A stretch of DNA of 64,000 bases from NCBI GenBank assembly GCA_045803545.1, contig JBJMOW010000006.1, forward strand, positions 96,001 through 160,000, given 5' to 3'. This document shows positions 47,118 to 58,015 of the stretch, one piece after another. A program made the position numbers and the translations under genes. Each line of letters opens with the position of its first letter. Within the stretch, counting starts at the first letter, position 1. Source of the stretch: Gemmatimonadaceae bacterium (GTDB taxonomy: Bacteria > Gemmatimonadota > Gemmatimonadetes > Gemmatimonadales > Gemmatimonadaceae). Under the pieces are notes generated by a model that saw only the letters and a program-made list of their open reading frames with translations, ran no database searches and was not told where the DNA came from.

Positions 47118-50012
47118 TTAGTCTCTTCCAATTCGTCGAGGGTCGGGCTTTACCGCGAACGGCTGGCTGTAGGTTTTCGCATTTACAGTCAGCCGCGCTG
47201 TAAAGTTGCCGACGTAGCGCCGGTCCAGCGGCCCGCCCTCGTCAGCAGGCGGCGCCCCGCGCGGGCGCTCTCGCAAGGGGTTCCAGACAACCCGATGCAT
47301 CCCGGCGGATGTCGGCAGCGGCTCAGGCGACGTCTGCCAGAGCGGCGAAACTCGAGGCAGCGCGTTCGATGCCTGACGCGGATCTCCGGCTGTCGACTGC
47401 GCAGCCGCGACGCTCGAGAAAGTGCGAATGACTTTGCCCGCGTCATCCAGGATCTCGACGGTGACCGGTGTCGTCGCGGCGCGCTTCAGGTAGTAGTCGA
47501 TCGCCGCACCATCGGGCAGGTTTTCAGCCTGCGGCTCGTCTTTTTGCAGCGGTGTGCCGTTATCGGTGCCTTCGATGTAATTGATCGCGTCGGCCGGCTT
47601 GAACAGGTATGCGTCCCCCCGTGTCACGGCGTCGGTCAGCTGACGCAAAGGAGAGACGTCGTCGATGATCCAGAATCCGCGGCCGTGCGTCGCGACGATC
47701 AGATCGTTGCCATAGAACTCAAAGTCGCGCATCGACGTCACCGGCATGTTGAGCTGCAGCGGCTGCCAGTTGTCACCATCGTCGAACGAGACGTGAATTC
47801 CGCGCTCCGTTCCCGCGACCAGCAGCCCTCGGTGCTGAGGATCCTCCTTCACCACGTGCACATAGACCCCTGCCGGCAATCCTTTGGTGATTTTCTGCCA
47901 GCTGCGACCCATATCGCTTGTTCTATAGATGTAGGGATCGAAATCCTGCAACTGGTGGCGATCGACGCTGGCGTACGCCGTATTAACGTCGAAGTGGGAT
48001 GCCTCCAGCATCGTAATCCTGCTCCACGGCGCAATTGCGTTTGGCGTCACGTTTTGCCAGTTCACGCCGCCATTCGATGTCACGTGGATCAGACCGTCGT
48101 CGGTTCCGGCCCAAATCGCAGGTGCGCTGAGTGGCGAAGGTGAAATCGTGTAAACGACACCTCGCTTGCCATTCCGATCCGTTGCGTTGGCAGCGGTCTC
48201 GTCGAGCGTCGGCGGCACCACGATCTCGCGACGGGTGAGATCAGGGCTGATTTGCGCCCAGGTCTTCGCGCCGTCGCTCGTTCTGAACACGAACTGATTC
48301 GCGTAATAGAGGTCCTGTTTGTTCGCCTTCGAGAACACCAGCGGCTGGGTCCAGTCGCTGCGTGCCGGCTCTGGTGACTCAGGCCTTGTTGTCGATTCGT
48401 CGGGAACGTTGGTCTCGAGATTCCACCGCTGGCCATCCCCACCATAGACGATGCCAGGATTTAGCGGATCGCCGGCCGTGTACCCGCTCTCACCACCCGG
48501 AGCGATGGGCTCCCAGTCGTGCATCGAGATCTCGGCGAATTTTCCGCGTGAGCGCACTGCGATCGCGCCCGAGTCCTGTTGCGCGCCAGTCACCCAGTAC
48601 GGAAAGCGATAATCGATCGAGAGATGATAGATCTGCGCTGTCGGCTGATTGAGCCACGATGTCCACGTAACGTCGCGCGGGTCCCGTGAGCGCGCGTTGC
48701 GCGTGATGATCGCGCCCTGATCGCTCGCCACGATCATCGTGTTCGGATCGTTTGGCGAAATCCACGGCTGATGATAATCATCGCCGCCAGGCGATCCGCG
48801 CAGCACCGCCCATGTCTTGCCGCCGTCCATCGTGCGGTTCACGGCCACGTTCGGCACGTACACTGTGTCGGCGTCGCTCGGATCGACAGTAATTTTCTCG
48901 AAATACCAGCCGCGTCCCCAGAGTGCGGGATCGTTGGACAGTCGCGTCCACGTCGCACCAGCGTCGTCGGAGCGAAAGAATCCGCCCTGCCCGGGAGGAG
49001 GCGATGATGGGCGCGCACCGGCTGCCGAGGGCGTAGGAACCGGAGTGCCGAGTGGTGGCTCGGTCTGCGGCGGCGTCTCGGGCACCAGACAATCGACGAT
49101 TGCATACACGCGATTGGGGTTGGCTGCAGCCACCGCAATGCCGGTGCGCCCGATTCCTTCCCTCGGCAGCCCATTGGTGAGCCGGGTCCACGTCGTCCCG
49201 CCGTCCATTGATTTGAAGATTCCACCGCCCGGACCATTGGTCGGCGCGTAGGTGAACCAGGGTGGGCGGCGTGTGTTCCAGAGGCCAGCGTAGACGATTT
49301 GCGAGTTCGAAGGGTCGAAAACGACTTCGACCGCGCCGACGTTGTCGTCACCGAGAACCTTTTGCCAGCTGCGACCGCCATCGCGAGAGCGGAAGAGCCC
49401 GCGCTCCGGATTGGCCGCGTAAAGTTTTCCGATGGCCGCTACGAAGACGTTGTTTGGATTGCGCGGATCGATCGCGATCTTACCGATGTGGTGCGTCTCG
49501 TCGAGTCCGAGGTGCGTCCAGGTTTTTCCAGCGTCGGTGGACTTGTAGACTCCGTTTCCATAACCCACTGAGTCGCGGAGTGTAGACTCGCCGCTGCCGA
49601 CGTAAACGGTGTCGGGTGAGCTCGGCGCGACCGCGATCGCTCCGATCGACGCTGTCGATTGGCCATCGAAAACGGGCAGCCAGATGCGTCCACCGTCGAT
49701 GGTCTTCCAGACGCCCCCGTTGACGGCGCCGAAGTAGAACTCGTTAAGCCGCCCCGGAACTCCGGTGGCAGCAGCGACGCGCCCACCGCGGAACGGTCCG
49801 ATCATCCGCCAGCGCAGGCCGGAGAATAGACCTTCCGCGACGGGCGACGAAAGAATGCGCGCCGATGTCGCTACATCTTCTCGATGCGTCGCAGCAATTA
49901 GCGATCGATCGAGACCGAGCGGGAAAAGCGAAAATGAAAAACCGGCGGCGGACACGCGGGAAACGAAGGCCCGGCGCGTCCACCTATCGTCGGACCGGTC
50001 GTTCTCGCCCAC
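47118..50012 (-). CDS. BNR/Asp-box (VPS10-like) beta-propeller glycosyl hydrolase-like protein with Tat signal
   Basis: TRRAFV twin-arginine motif; many SxDGGxTW Asp-boxes; IGPFRGGR. Confidence 0.85.
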   Translation of the reverse strand: MGENDRSDDRWTRRAFVSRVSAAGFSFSLFPLGLDRSLIAATHREDVATSARILSSPVAEGLFSGLRWRMIGPFRGGRVAAATGVPGRLNEFYFGAVNGGVWKTIDGGRIWLPVFDGQSTASIGAIAVAPSSPDTVYVGSGESTLRDSVGYGNGVYKSTDAGKTWTHLGLDETHHIGKIAIDPRNPNNVFVAAIGKLYAANPERGLFRSRDGGRSWQKVLGDDNVGAVEVVFDPSNSQIVYAGLWNTRRPPWFTYAPTNGPGGGIFKSMDGGTTWTRLTNGLPREGIGRTGIAVAAANPNRVYAIVDCLVPETPPQTEPPLGTPVPTPSAAGARPSSPPPGQGGFFRSDDAGATWTRLSNDPALWGRGWYFEKITVDPSDADTVYVPNVAVNRTMDGGKTWAVLRGSPGGDDYHQPWISPNDPNTMIVASDQGAIITRNARSRDPRDVTWTSWLNQPTAQIYHLSIDYRFPYWVTGAQQDSGAIAVRSRGKFAEISMHDWEPIAPGGESGYTAGDPLNPGIVYGGDGQRWNLETNVPDESTTRPESPEPARSDWTQPLVFSKANKQDLYYANQFVFRTSDGAKTWAQISPDLTRREIVVPPTLDETAANATDRNGKRGVVYTISPSPLSAPAIWAGTDDGLIHVTSNGGVNWQNVTPNAIAPWSRITMLEASHFDVNTAYASVDRHQLQDFDPYIYRTSDMGRSWQKITKGLPAGVYVHVVKEDPQHRGLLVAGTERGIHVSFDDGDNWQPLQLNMPVTSMRDFEFYGNDLIVATHGRGFWIIDDVSPLRQLTDAVTRGDAYLFKPADAINYIEGTDNGTPLQKDEPQAENLPDGAAIDYYLKRAATTPVTVEILDDAGKVIRTFSSVAAAQSTAGDPRQASNALPRVSPLWQTSPEPLPTSAGMHRVVWNPLRERPRGAPPADEGGPLDRRYVGNFTARLTVNAKTYSQPFAVKPDPRRIGRD

Positions 50013-50854
50013 TACGGAAGCGTCAGGTAATTGCCGAGGAAGCCGCGCGCTTCAGGCGTGTCGAGTCGCCAATCCCAGGTCGTCGCGCGGCAGTTGTAAT
50101 CACCCGTCGTAACGGTCGCGAGGATCATCGTGGTGTTGCCATCGATGAACTTCGGTCCGCCCGAGTCTCCGTAGCAGTCACCACCTAATCCGGTTGCGTT
50201 GGTGTTCATGAGCAAGCCGAGCCACGTCGGCTGGAGGCCCATGAACTCAGACTTCGAATAGCTGCGCTTGCCGTCGTAAGGAAAACCGGGCTTCCCGGTA
50301 AGAGTCGCCGATGTGCCGTAGCCGACGTTGATGAATGTAAGGCTGTTGATGACTCCGCTTGCCTTCAGCTTGTCGAGATAGCCTGCCGGCGGCAGCTGCA
50401 GCGGCGTGATTCCGCGGGTCGAATTTTTTGGCAGGAAGACTACTGCCAGATCGTGGAGGTTTGCCTGATCGTGGCCGTACTGCGGATCCCACACGTATCC
50501 AGTCGCCTTGATGTAGCTGAAGGATTTCGAGTACAGGTCGGGAGAGAACGAGACATAGAACTGAGTACCAGCGGGCGTAATCGGATCGGGCGCGACACAG
50601 TGAGCCGCCGTCAGGAAAATCGTTGGCGTGACCAAACTTCCGGTGCAAAGCTCGTCGTCGCCGTTAATGACGCCGTTCTGGTCGTAGTCGATCAGCAGCG
50701 CGCCAACATTGCCGTAAGAGTTGCCAGTCGGTTGACCGTTCACGATGAATGCTGCAGTAGCCGGAGCTGTTACGCGGTTCGCTGCATCGGTGCACGCGGT
50801 GGACGCGAGTGCAATTGCGACGGTGGCAAATCGAAGGATCGATAGGCGGCGCAT
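50012..50854 (-). CDS. Trypsin-like (S1) serine protease, lipoprotein
   Basis: IVNG, LTAAHC, DLAV and CYGDSGGP. Confidence 0.92.
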   Translation of the reverse strand: MRRLSILRFATVAIALASTACTDAANRVTAPATAAFIVNGQPTGNSYGNVGALLIDYDQNGVINGDDELCTGSLVTPTIFLTAAHCVAPDPITPAGTQFYVSFSPDLYSKSFSYIKATGYVWDPQYGHDQANLHDLAVVFLPKNSTRGITPLQLPPAGYLDKLKASGVINSLTFINVGYGTSATLTGKPGFPYDGKRSYSKSEFMGLQPTWLGLLMNTNATGLGGDCYGDSGGPKFIDGNTTMILATVTTGDYNCRATTWDWRLDTPEARGFLGNYLTLP

Positions 50855-50994
50855 AGACTTCCTCGGAGGGTGGGATAAACGGATGCCTAGACTATATCCA
50901 GTTCAGTCTTTTGGCAAACGCGATTTCTCGTGAGCAGCAAGTGCGTGTATCGCTCGCGCGTTGCCGTCCCACTCGGTTTCGCCAGCCCACCCGG

Positions 50995-51591
50995 TCACCT
51001 CCCAGTCGTCTCCGCCGTTCCGTCGAACAGCGCCTCGATGCGACTGTCCGGAATCAACCAGACCAATGCAACAAAAGCGTAGATGGCGTCGGATATCCAC
51101 TGATTCATGAACGCCAGCGGAATCGCCGAGGCGTACATAACGATCGAGATCTTGCCCTTGGTGTCGGCACCGACGGCCGTTGCCAATCGCGAATCGACAT
51201 CCTGGTTGCGAATGATCACCTGCTCGAGGATGTAGTAGGCGATCCCTGCAAGGAGGAGAACCGCTCCGTACAGCGCCGTCGGCAGCGGAGCGAAGTGGTT
51301 TTCACCCATCCAGCCTGTCACGAACGGCATCAGCGATAGCCAGAACAGGAGATGAAGGTTTGCCCACAGCACACCTCCCGTGACGCGATCGGTGAGGTAG
51401 AGCAGGTGGTGATGATTGTTCCAATAGATGCCGACCACGATGAAGCTGAGGACGTAGACCAGAAAGGCGGGCAGCACCGCCGACAAAGCGGCGAGATCGC
51501 TGTTGTGCGGCACTTTGAGCTCGAGCACCATGATCGTGATGATGATCGCGATCACACCGTCGCTAAATGCGTTCAGCCGTTCCGGAGTCAT
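50995..51591 (-). CDS. TMEM175-family potassium channel
   Basis: RLNAFSDGVIAIIITIMVLEL and YWNNHH. Confidence 0.93.
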   Translation of the reverse strand: MTPERLNAFSDGVIAIIITIMVLELKVPHNSDLAALSAVLPAFLVYVLSFIVVGIYWNNHHHLLYLTDRVTGGVLWANLHLLFWLSLMPFVTGWMGENHFAPLPTALYGAVLLLAGIAYYILEQVIIRNQDVDSRLATAVGADTKGKISIVMYASAIPLAFMNQWISDAIYAFVALVWLIPDSRIEALFDGTAETTGR

Positions 51592-51768
51592 TTGTCTCGC
51601 CGACTCAGCTCAGTCACAGCGCAGCAATCTACAGTGTGTCGACTACCCCGAAATGGCCCTGGCGGCTTCTACGTCATTTTCGTGTAATCTACGTAATCAT
51701 ACGTATCGACCCCTCGATCCGGTCTGGGTAGAGTCGCTCCAGCAAAACACCCATCACCGGAGCGAACA

Positions 51769-53004
51769 ATGGAAAGAACTCGCAGCGTGCTGGCGCTCGT
51801 CATAGCGTCGGCAATCGGATTGGCAGGATGCTCGAACGATTCAGCTTCGCCGGTCTCGACTGACCTCAAGCTCGCCGCGAAGCTTTCCCCCAAGGCCGCA
51901 TCCTACATGACCAACTACGTAGCGATCGGTACCAGCATCAGTATGGGGTGGGCGAGCGATGGTGTTGTCGCGGGCTCCCAGAACAACGCATGGACGAAGC
52001 AGCTTGCTGACGAAGCAGGAGTCGATTTCACTTTGCCGCAGATCGACGTCCCAGGCTGCAGGCCTCCACTCGCAGCGCCGTTGATTTCGTTCGCGCGCAT
52101 CGATGGCAGCTCCGCGGCTGCTTCTTCGGTGTGTGCGGAAAACGTCGCCGGTGTCGCGCTGCCGACGCACAACCTCGCGGTGGAGAACGCGACGGCGGCA
52201 GAAGCGCTGAACGCGACACCCGCCACCGCATCGCAAGGACGCGGACCCGTCACGAGCAGAATCCTCGCCGCCGGTATGACTCAGGTAACCACGATGCGCT
52301 CGCTCAATCCAACTTTTGTCTCAGTGGAGCTTGGCGGCAATGAGCTACTGCCGGCGCAGGTCGGTCTGCTCTACCCCGGCGTGACCTACACCCCGTTTGA
52401 TTCGTTCCGCGCGACGTACGATCAGATCATCGATCAGGTCAAAGCCGCTGGTGCGCGGGCGCTACTCGCCACGGTGCGCACAGATCTGCGGAACTTCCCG
52501 ACTATTCGCACCTCTCAAGAAGTCGCGTCACAGCGGGGAGCGTTCGGCAGCTACAACGTCAGTGTGAACAGCGACTGTGATGCTAGTGCGAACTTCATCT
52601 TCGTGCGGGGCAAAGTACTCACGGCGATTGTCACCGGCATCACTCGCGCGCGGATGGGACTCGGCCCGTACGATCTGAGCTGTGCTGATGTTCCGGGCAC
52701 CGTCGATTATGTGTTGACGCCGAGCAACATCGATCAACTGAATGGCCTCGCCGGTCAGATGAGTGATTACATCGAAAGCAAAGCCGCTGAAAACGGCTAC
52801 GCCGTCTTCTCGATCGGATCGCTCTACGATCGATCCAAGGACGACGTTCCGTTCGATCTCGAATCGTACCTGAAGTCGAACAACCCTTACGGTGATCTAA
52901 TCAGCCTCGATGGCGTACACCCGAGCGCGAAGGGCCAGACCGTTCTCGCTCGCAACGCACGACAGGCCATTCAGCGGACTTACGGAACGGGGCAGCCCGA
53001 CTAA
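51769..53004 (+). CDS. SGNH/GDSL-like hydrolase lipoprotein
   Basis: YVAIGTSIS (G-T-S variant of GDS), GGNE and SLDGVHP; lipobox LAGC. Confidence 0.8.
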   Translation: MERTRSVLALVIASAIGLAGCSNDSASPVSTDLKLAAKLSPKAASYMTNYVAIGTSISMGWASDGVVAGSQNNAWTKQLADEAGVDFTLPQIDVPGCRPPLAAPLISFARIDGSSAAASSVCAENVAGVALPTHNLAVENATAAEALNATPATASQGRGPVTSRILAAGMTQVTTMRSLNPTFVSVELGGNELLPAQVGLLYPGVTYTPFDSFRATYDQIIDQVKAAGARALLATVRTDLRNFPTIRTSQEVASQRGAFGSYNVSVNSDCDASANFIFVRGKVLTAIVTGITRARMGLGPYDLSCADVPGTVDYVLTPSNIDQLNGLAGQMSDYIESKAAENGYAVFSIGSLYDRSKDDVPFDLESYLKSNNPYGDLISLDGVHPSAKGQTVLARNARQAIQRTYGTGQPD

Positions 53005-53075
53005 TCGAACGGGCGACGGCGGGCGAATGTTTAACGGGTTGTGGAATTCTCACTCGCTGCTGATACTTGCAGCGG

Positions 53076-53867
53076 ATGGACAACTTCAGCATTCGATCCG
53101 CCGTCGCCAGCGATGCTCCCGCGCTGGCGAGCATGCTCGATCAGCTCGGGTATCCGACCGACGCCGGTGAAATCCCCGGCCGCCTCGCGCGAATGGCGGA
53201 ACGGCCTGGCACCACGGTCTTTGTCGCGGAGCATCGCAACAAGCCCGTAGGCGTGGTGACCGTCCATCTTTTTCCGTCGTTACATACGAGCGAGCCGGTA
53301 GCCTGGCTGACTGCGGTCGTGGTCGACGAAGCGGTGCGCGGCACTGGCGTTGGGTCCGCGCTCGTCAAGCACGCGGAGGATTGGGCGCGGCGGCGGGGAG
53401 CCAAGCGTCTGGCGCTGACGTCTCACCTCCGTCGAGTGGAAGCACACGAGTTCTATAAGAAGCGGCATTACGAGCACACAGGCGTTCGCCTGGCGAAGGA
53501 CTTGACGGCTCAGACCTCGCATGCGACCCAGAAGAAATCTGACGCATTCCATGTCCTGGAATTCGACCATCACGACGAAGCTGCCGCATTTGTCGCGGCG
53601 CTGTCGCGTTTTGTCAGCTCGCCGGCAACCGCTCGCGACCCCGAGTCAGTCGAGGTTTGGGCACGCTCGCCGGTGCATCGTGAGTCAGTAAAACTTTTTC
53701 TCAACGACCGCGCTCTCGACGCGGCACAGACAGCATTCTCGCCGGTGCCTCAGCATAAGACGGTGTCGCGCCAGGCACTTCCTGACGAATGCTTCCTCAT
53801 TATCGGGGACAACACTACGGCGTGGGGCGCGGACGAAGCATCGGCCAGACTGACCCAACGCGCATGA
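53076..53867 (+). CDS. GNAT acetyltransferase fused to an unknown C-terminal domain
   Basis: VVDEAVRGTGVGSAL and AHEFY; about 110 extra residues. Confidence 0.8.
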   Translation: MDNFSIRSAVASDAPALASMLDQLGYPTDAGEIPGRLARMAERPGTTVFVAEHRNKPVGVVTVHLFPSLHTSEPVAWLTAVVVDEAVRGTGVGSALVKHAEDWARRRGAKRLALTSHLRRVEAHEFYKKRHYEHTGVRLAKDLTAQTSHATQKKSDAFHVLEFDHHDEAAAFVAALSRFVSSPATARDPESVEVWARSPVHRESVKLFLNDRALDAAQTAFSPVPQHKTVSRQALPDECFLIIGDNTTAWGADEASARLTQRA

Positions 53868-56191
53868 GGATACTTCGTTTGATCCGCAACTTATCTATTG
53901 GATCGTTGATGACGATGACGTTCGTCGTCAGCGGCTTGCCACTCGCCGCGCAGGCGACACGAGAATCACCGCTCAATTCAGCGCGCGCGCCTCAATTCGC
54001 CGATTCGATTCTGCGCTTGATGACGCTCGACGAAAAGCTTGGCCAGCTCAATCAGCTCCCTGGAGGCGGCCAGCAAATTTCGGCCAATGACCGGCAGGCG
54101 CTCCGAGCCGGACGTGTCGGGTCGTTCCTCAATGTTTTCGGCGCGGATTTCACGCGGGAATTGCAACGTATCGCTGTGACCGAGACGCGGCTCAAGATTC
54201 CGCTGCTCTTCGCGCACGATGTCATTCACGGCTTCCGCACTATCTTCCCAGTACCGATCGCCGAAGCCGCCAGCTTCGATTCGGCGCGCGCGGAATTCTC
54301 GGCGCGTCAGTCGGCGATCGAAGCAACAGCGCACGGGCTGATGTGGACTTTTGCGCCGATGGTCGACATCGCGCGCGATCCGCGCTGGGGACGCATCGTC
54401 GAAGGAGCGGGCGAGGATCCTTACCTCGGCACGGTGATGTCCGCGGCACGCGTGCGCGGTTTCCAGGGCGGCGACAACGCGGCGAACCTTGGCGCGACCG
54501 ATGCGATGTTGGCGACCGTCAAGCATTTCGTGGGATACGGCGCCGCGGAGGGCGGGCGCGACTACAATACCGTCGAGCTCTCGGAACGCACGCTCTGGGA
54601 GACGTACATGCCTCCGTTCGAAGCAGCGATCAAAGCCGGTGTCGCGACCGTGATGGCATCATTCAACGAAATCGGTGGCACTCCATCGCACGCGAGCGAC
54701 TGGCTACTCGGCGATGTCCTGCGAAAGCGCTGGGGATTCAATGGGCTTGTTGTCAGCGATTGGGGCGCGATCTCGGAGCTCGTTCCGCACCGCGTGGCCG
54801 CAGGCACTGGTGAAGCCGGCATTCTCGGATTGCGTGCCGGTGTCGATTTCGACATGTCGGATCACGTGTACGTCGACAGCATGGGCGTAGCGGCAAACGC
54901 CGGAAGAGTGCCGGTCTCACTGATCGATTCGGCAGTGAAGCACGTGCTGCGCGTGAAGTATCTACTGGGACTCTTTACCGATCCCTACAAGTTCAGCGAT
55001 GCCGGCCGCGAAAAACTCTACACGCTGGCACCCGGCCATCTTGGGGCGGCACGAATGGCGGCGCGTGAAGGAATCGTGCTGCTCAAGAATGCAAACAAGA
55101 CCCTGCCGCTCAGGAGAGACCTGCGCTCGATCGCGATTATCGGCCCGCTCGCAAACGACAGCGCATCGTCGATGGGTAGCTGGGCGGCCGACGGACGAGC
55201 GAGTGAAGCGAGTACGGTACTGGCTGGGATTCGCGCAGCACTCGGCACCTCTACGCGCATTATCATGACTCGCGGCGCACCTGTCGATACGGTCGATACC
55301 ACAGGCTTTGCACAGGCGCGTAGCGCCGCGTCGGAAGCGGATGCAGTCGTGCTGGTGATCGGCGAGCGCGCTGACATGAGCGGCGAAGCGTCGAGTCGAG
55401 CATCGATCGAGCTGCCCGGAGTGCAGCGCGAACTTACGCTCGAGGTAATACGGGCGGCGCGGAGCTCACCGGGTGGCGACACAAAACCGGTCGTTGTCGT
55501 GCTGATGAACGGCAGACCACTGGCGATCCCGGAGGTCGCGAGCGCAGCGCCGGCAGTGCTCGAGACATGGTTCCTCGGGACGGAGCACGGACTCGCTGTA
55601 GCGGACGTCCTCTTTGGTGACTACAGCCCGGGCGGCAAGCTGCCCGCCACGTTCCCGCGCGCGACGGGACAGATTCCGATTTACTACAATCACCGCAGCA
55701 CCGGCCGGCCGGCAGACAGCGCCAATCACTACACATCGAAGTATCTGGACCTGCCGTGGACGCCGCTGTTTCCGTTTGGATATGGCCTGAGCTACACGAC
55801 GTTCACCTACTCCAATCTGCGAATGTCGTCGCCGACAATTCGCGCTGGCGATTCGCTGGCCGTTTCGCTGGAAGTGAGAAACGCGGGAGATCGAACGGGG
55901 GATGAAGTCGTGCAGCTTTATATCCGCGACAACGTCGCCAGCGTGGAGGAGCCGATCAAAGCGTTGAAGGGCGCACGTCGGATTACTCTCCAACCCGGCG
56001 AAACTCGTACGGTGACTTTCAAGCTCGGCCCGGATGCCTTTGCGCTCTACGATCGCGACATGCGACGGGTGATCGAACCTGGAGCGTTCACGATCTTTGC
56101 GGGCACGAACTCGGTTGACGTGAGTAGCGTTCCGCTGCAGGTAACTGGCGACACGTTCGTGCTGGCGCCATCGACTCCACGCATGCGCTAA
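53864..56191 (+). CDS. bglX: GH3 beta-glucosidase (BglX-like)
   Basis: DVIHG, ARDPRWGRIVEGAGED, KHF, VVSDW and PFGYGLSYT. Confidence 0.92.
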   Translation: MRILRLIRNLSIGSLMTMTFVVSGLPLAAQATRESPLNSARAPQFADSILRLMTLDEKLGQLNQLPGGGQQISANDRQALRAGRVGSFLNVFGADFTRELQRIAVTETRLKIPLLFAHDVIHGFRTIFPVPIAEAASFDSARAEFSARQSAIEATAHGLMWTFAPMVDIARDPRWGRIVEGAGEDPYLGTVMSAARVRGFQGGDNAANLGATDAMLATVKHFVGYGAAEGGRDYNTVELSERTLWETYMPPFEAAIKAGVATVMASFNEIGGTPSHASDWLLGDVLRKRWGFNGLVVSDWGAISELVPHRVAAGTGEAGILGLRAGVDFDMSDHVYVDSMGVAANAGRVPVSLIDSAVKHVLRVKYLLGLFTDPYKFSDAGREKLYTLAPGHLGAARMAAREGIVLLKNANKTLPLRRDLRSIAIIGPLANDSASSMGSWAADGRASEASTVLAGIRAALGTSTRIIMTRGAPVDTVDTTGFAQARSAASEADAVVLVIGERADMSGEASSRASIELPGVQRELTLEVIRAARSSPGGDTKPVVVVLMNGRPLAIPEVASAAPAVLETWFLGTEHGLAVADVLFGDYSPGGKLPATFPRATGQIPIYYNHRSTGRPADSANHYTSKYLDLPWTPLFPFGYGLSYTTFTYSNLRMSSPTIRAGDSLAVSLEVRNAGDRTGDEVVQLYIRDNVASVEEPIKALKGARRITLQPGETRTVTFKLGPDAFALYDRDMRRVIEPGAFTIFAGTNSVDVSSVPLQVTGDTFVLAPSTPRMR

Positions 56192-56218
56192 CGTTCGAAT
56201 ACCAGCTACAACAGGCCG

Positions 56219-56773
56219 ATGCAGACACAGTTATCTGCGCTCGTCGACTCTTTCGAGTCGGCCCAGCAAAAATTGAGATCGCTGAGCGATAAGGTTTCGA
56301 GCGCGCAGTTTACCAGGCGTCCCACAGCCGACGCCTGGTCAGCCGCCGATTGTGTCGAGCACCTGAACTTGACGTCGCGTGCCTATGTCCCACTTCTCCG
56401 AACAGCGATCGCGGAGGCTCGATTGCTGCGAAGGCCGGCTTCGCAACAATACACCATGGATCTTCTGGGCAGAGTGTTTGCCTTCATGGTGCGGCCGATG
56501 AGGCACATCGGAAGGTTTAAGCTCGTCCGAGTGAAGACCACCGGGCCGTTCACTCCTCGCGGCGGTCAAACGCGAGAGCAGCTGCTTTCAGAATTTGTGC
56601 GGCTGCAATCGGATCTGATCGGACTCATTCGCACCGCCAACGGTCTACCGATTGATCACGTGAAGATACAGTCGCCATTCGGAAAGATGCGCTACAACGC
56701 GTACTCGGCGTTGGAGATCGTTGCTCAGCACGAGCATCGCCACTTACAACAAGCTGAAGAAGCCGCTAGGTAA
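56219..56773 (+). CDS. DinB family protein
   Basis: WSAADCVEHL and HEHRHLQQ. Confidence 0.88.
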   Translation: MQTQLSALVDSFESAQQKLRSLSDKVSSAQFTRRPTADAWSAADCVEHLNLTSRAYVPLLRTAIAEARLLRRPASQQYTMDLLGRVFAFMVRPMRHIGRFKLVRVKTTGPFTPRGGQTREQLLSEFVRLQSDLIGLIRTANGLPIDHVKIQSPFGKMRYNAYSALEIVAQHEHRHLQQAEEAAR

Positions 56774-57164
56774 TCGTCACCGAAAAAATCACTGGTGGGA
56801 TGCCATTGACCCTTGCCTGGATCTGTGCGCTGCCCGCGGCGGCTCCGGTGGTGTAGGTCACCGACGACACGCCGCCCTCGACGGTCAGGTTGCTCGTTTC
56901 ACTGACCGAGCCGCCTCCGGAAAGAACTGTCCAGTCGACGGTCACGTTCTTTAGCGAATTACCAAACTGATCGAGTACGATCACTTCAAACGCTACCGGA
57001 AGCGCAGTGTTCGCCGGGCCACTCTGGGTATCGCCAGCGTGTTTGATCAGCACACTCGGGTCGTTGACGTCGACGTTGAGGGTGCAGGCTCCGGCGAAAA
57101 GTGCGATTACGACAGCAGATAGAATCCGGGCAATGGAGATGCGGCGCGGACGGATAAGCTTCAT
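56766..57164 (-). CDS. Ig-like domain lipoprotein
   Basis: Lipobox FAGAC; GDTQSG and VLDQFGN..NVTVDW..SGGG. Confidence 0.75.
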   Translation of the reverse strand: MKLIRPRRISIARILSAVVIALFAGACTLNVDVNDPSVLIKHAGDTQSGPANTALPVAFEVIVLDQFGNSLKNVTVDWTVLSGGGSVSETSNLTVEGGVSSVTYTTGAAAGSAQIQARVNGIPPVIFSVTIT

Positions 57165-57248
57165 CTCGAATCCCTCATGACGGGTGGGTGCGGTAAAGAA
57201 AATTATATCGCGCTGGCGTTTTTCGGAGCGTGCGCTCACCATTCATCG

Positions 57249-57617
57249 GTGCCGCGCAATCCCCTGCCTCGACTCCGTAAACTCGCGCTCTCTTTTCCCG
57301 AAGCACATGAAGTGGAGGCGTGGGGAGAGCCAACGTTCCGGGTCAGGAACAAGCTGTTCGCCATGTATGCGTCGTCCGGCAACCACCACGGTGAGGGTCG
57401 GCCTGCGGTTTGGTGCAAAGCCAAGACAGTGAACCAGCAGCTGATGATCTCCATGGCGCCGCAGAAATTCTTTTCGCCGCCGTACGTTGGTCCAAGTGGA
57501 TGGGTTGGCGTGTGGCTGGACGGCGAGATCGAGTGGGACGACCTGCGGGAAATTCTGCTCGATGGCTATCGAATGACGGCGCCGAAGAAGTTGTTGTCCC
57601 AACTAGGCGACGACTGA
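57249..57617 (+). CDS. MmcQ/YjbR family DNA-binding protein
   Basis: WGEPTFRVRNKLFA and PPYVGPSGWVG. Confidence 0.88.
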   Translation: MPRNPLPRLRKLALSFPEAHEVEAWGEPTFRVRNKLFAMYASSGNHHGEGRPAVWCKAKTVNQQLMISMAPQKFFSPPYVGPSGWVGVWLDGEIEWDDLREILLDGYRMTAPKKLLSQLGDD

Positions 57618-58015
57618 TGGCAGTGCGCGTCGTACGACTCGGCCAGCCTCGCACTAACGGGGAGGGTCTGCGCCTCGGCACCGTGCGCCGTCCACCGCGT
57701 GGCGTGCGCAAGGAGCAATATGCGTCTCTCGATTTCTTCGACGTGTGGATGCCGGAGCTCGCACCGAGCGCGCCACTCGTATCATGGGCGTTGTCGGAGC
57801 CCTGGACCGATAAACGGTGGGCCAAGTACGAGCGCTCATATCGCAGCGAGATGAAGAACCCTCCCGCGGCGCGGTTGCTTTCACTGCTCGCCGCGCTATC
57901 TCGCCAGACGGATTTCTCCGTCGGGTGCTACTGCGAGAATGAATCCCGCTGTCACCGCTCGATCCTGAGAGAGCTGCTCAGAGACGCCGACGCGGACATG
58001 AGAGATTCGGAATGA
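57617..58015 (+). CDS. DUF488 family protein
   Basis: RRPPRGV, WMPELAPS and CYCENESRCHRS. Confidence 0.88.
   Translation: MAVRVVRLGQPRTNGEGLRLGTVRRPPRGVRKEQYASLDFFDVWMPELAPSAPLVSWALSEPWTDKRWAKYERSYRSEMKNPPAARLLSLLAALSRQTDFSVGCYCENESRCHRSILRELLRDADADMRDSE

Noticed and set aside
51637..51675. TGTCGA upstream of the SGNH gene as an ECF42 promoter
   Set aside because: No CGTC at 17-nt spacing
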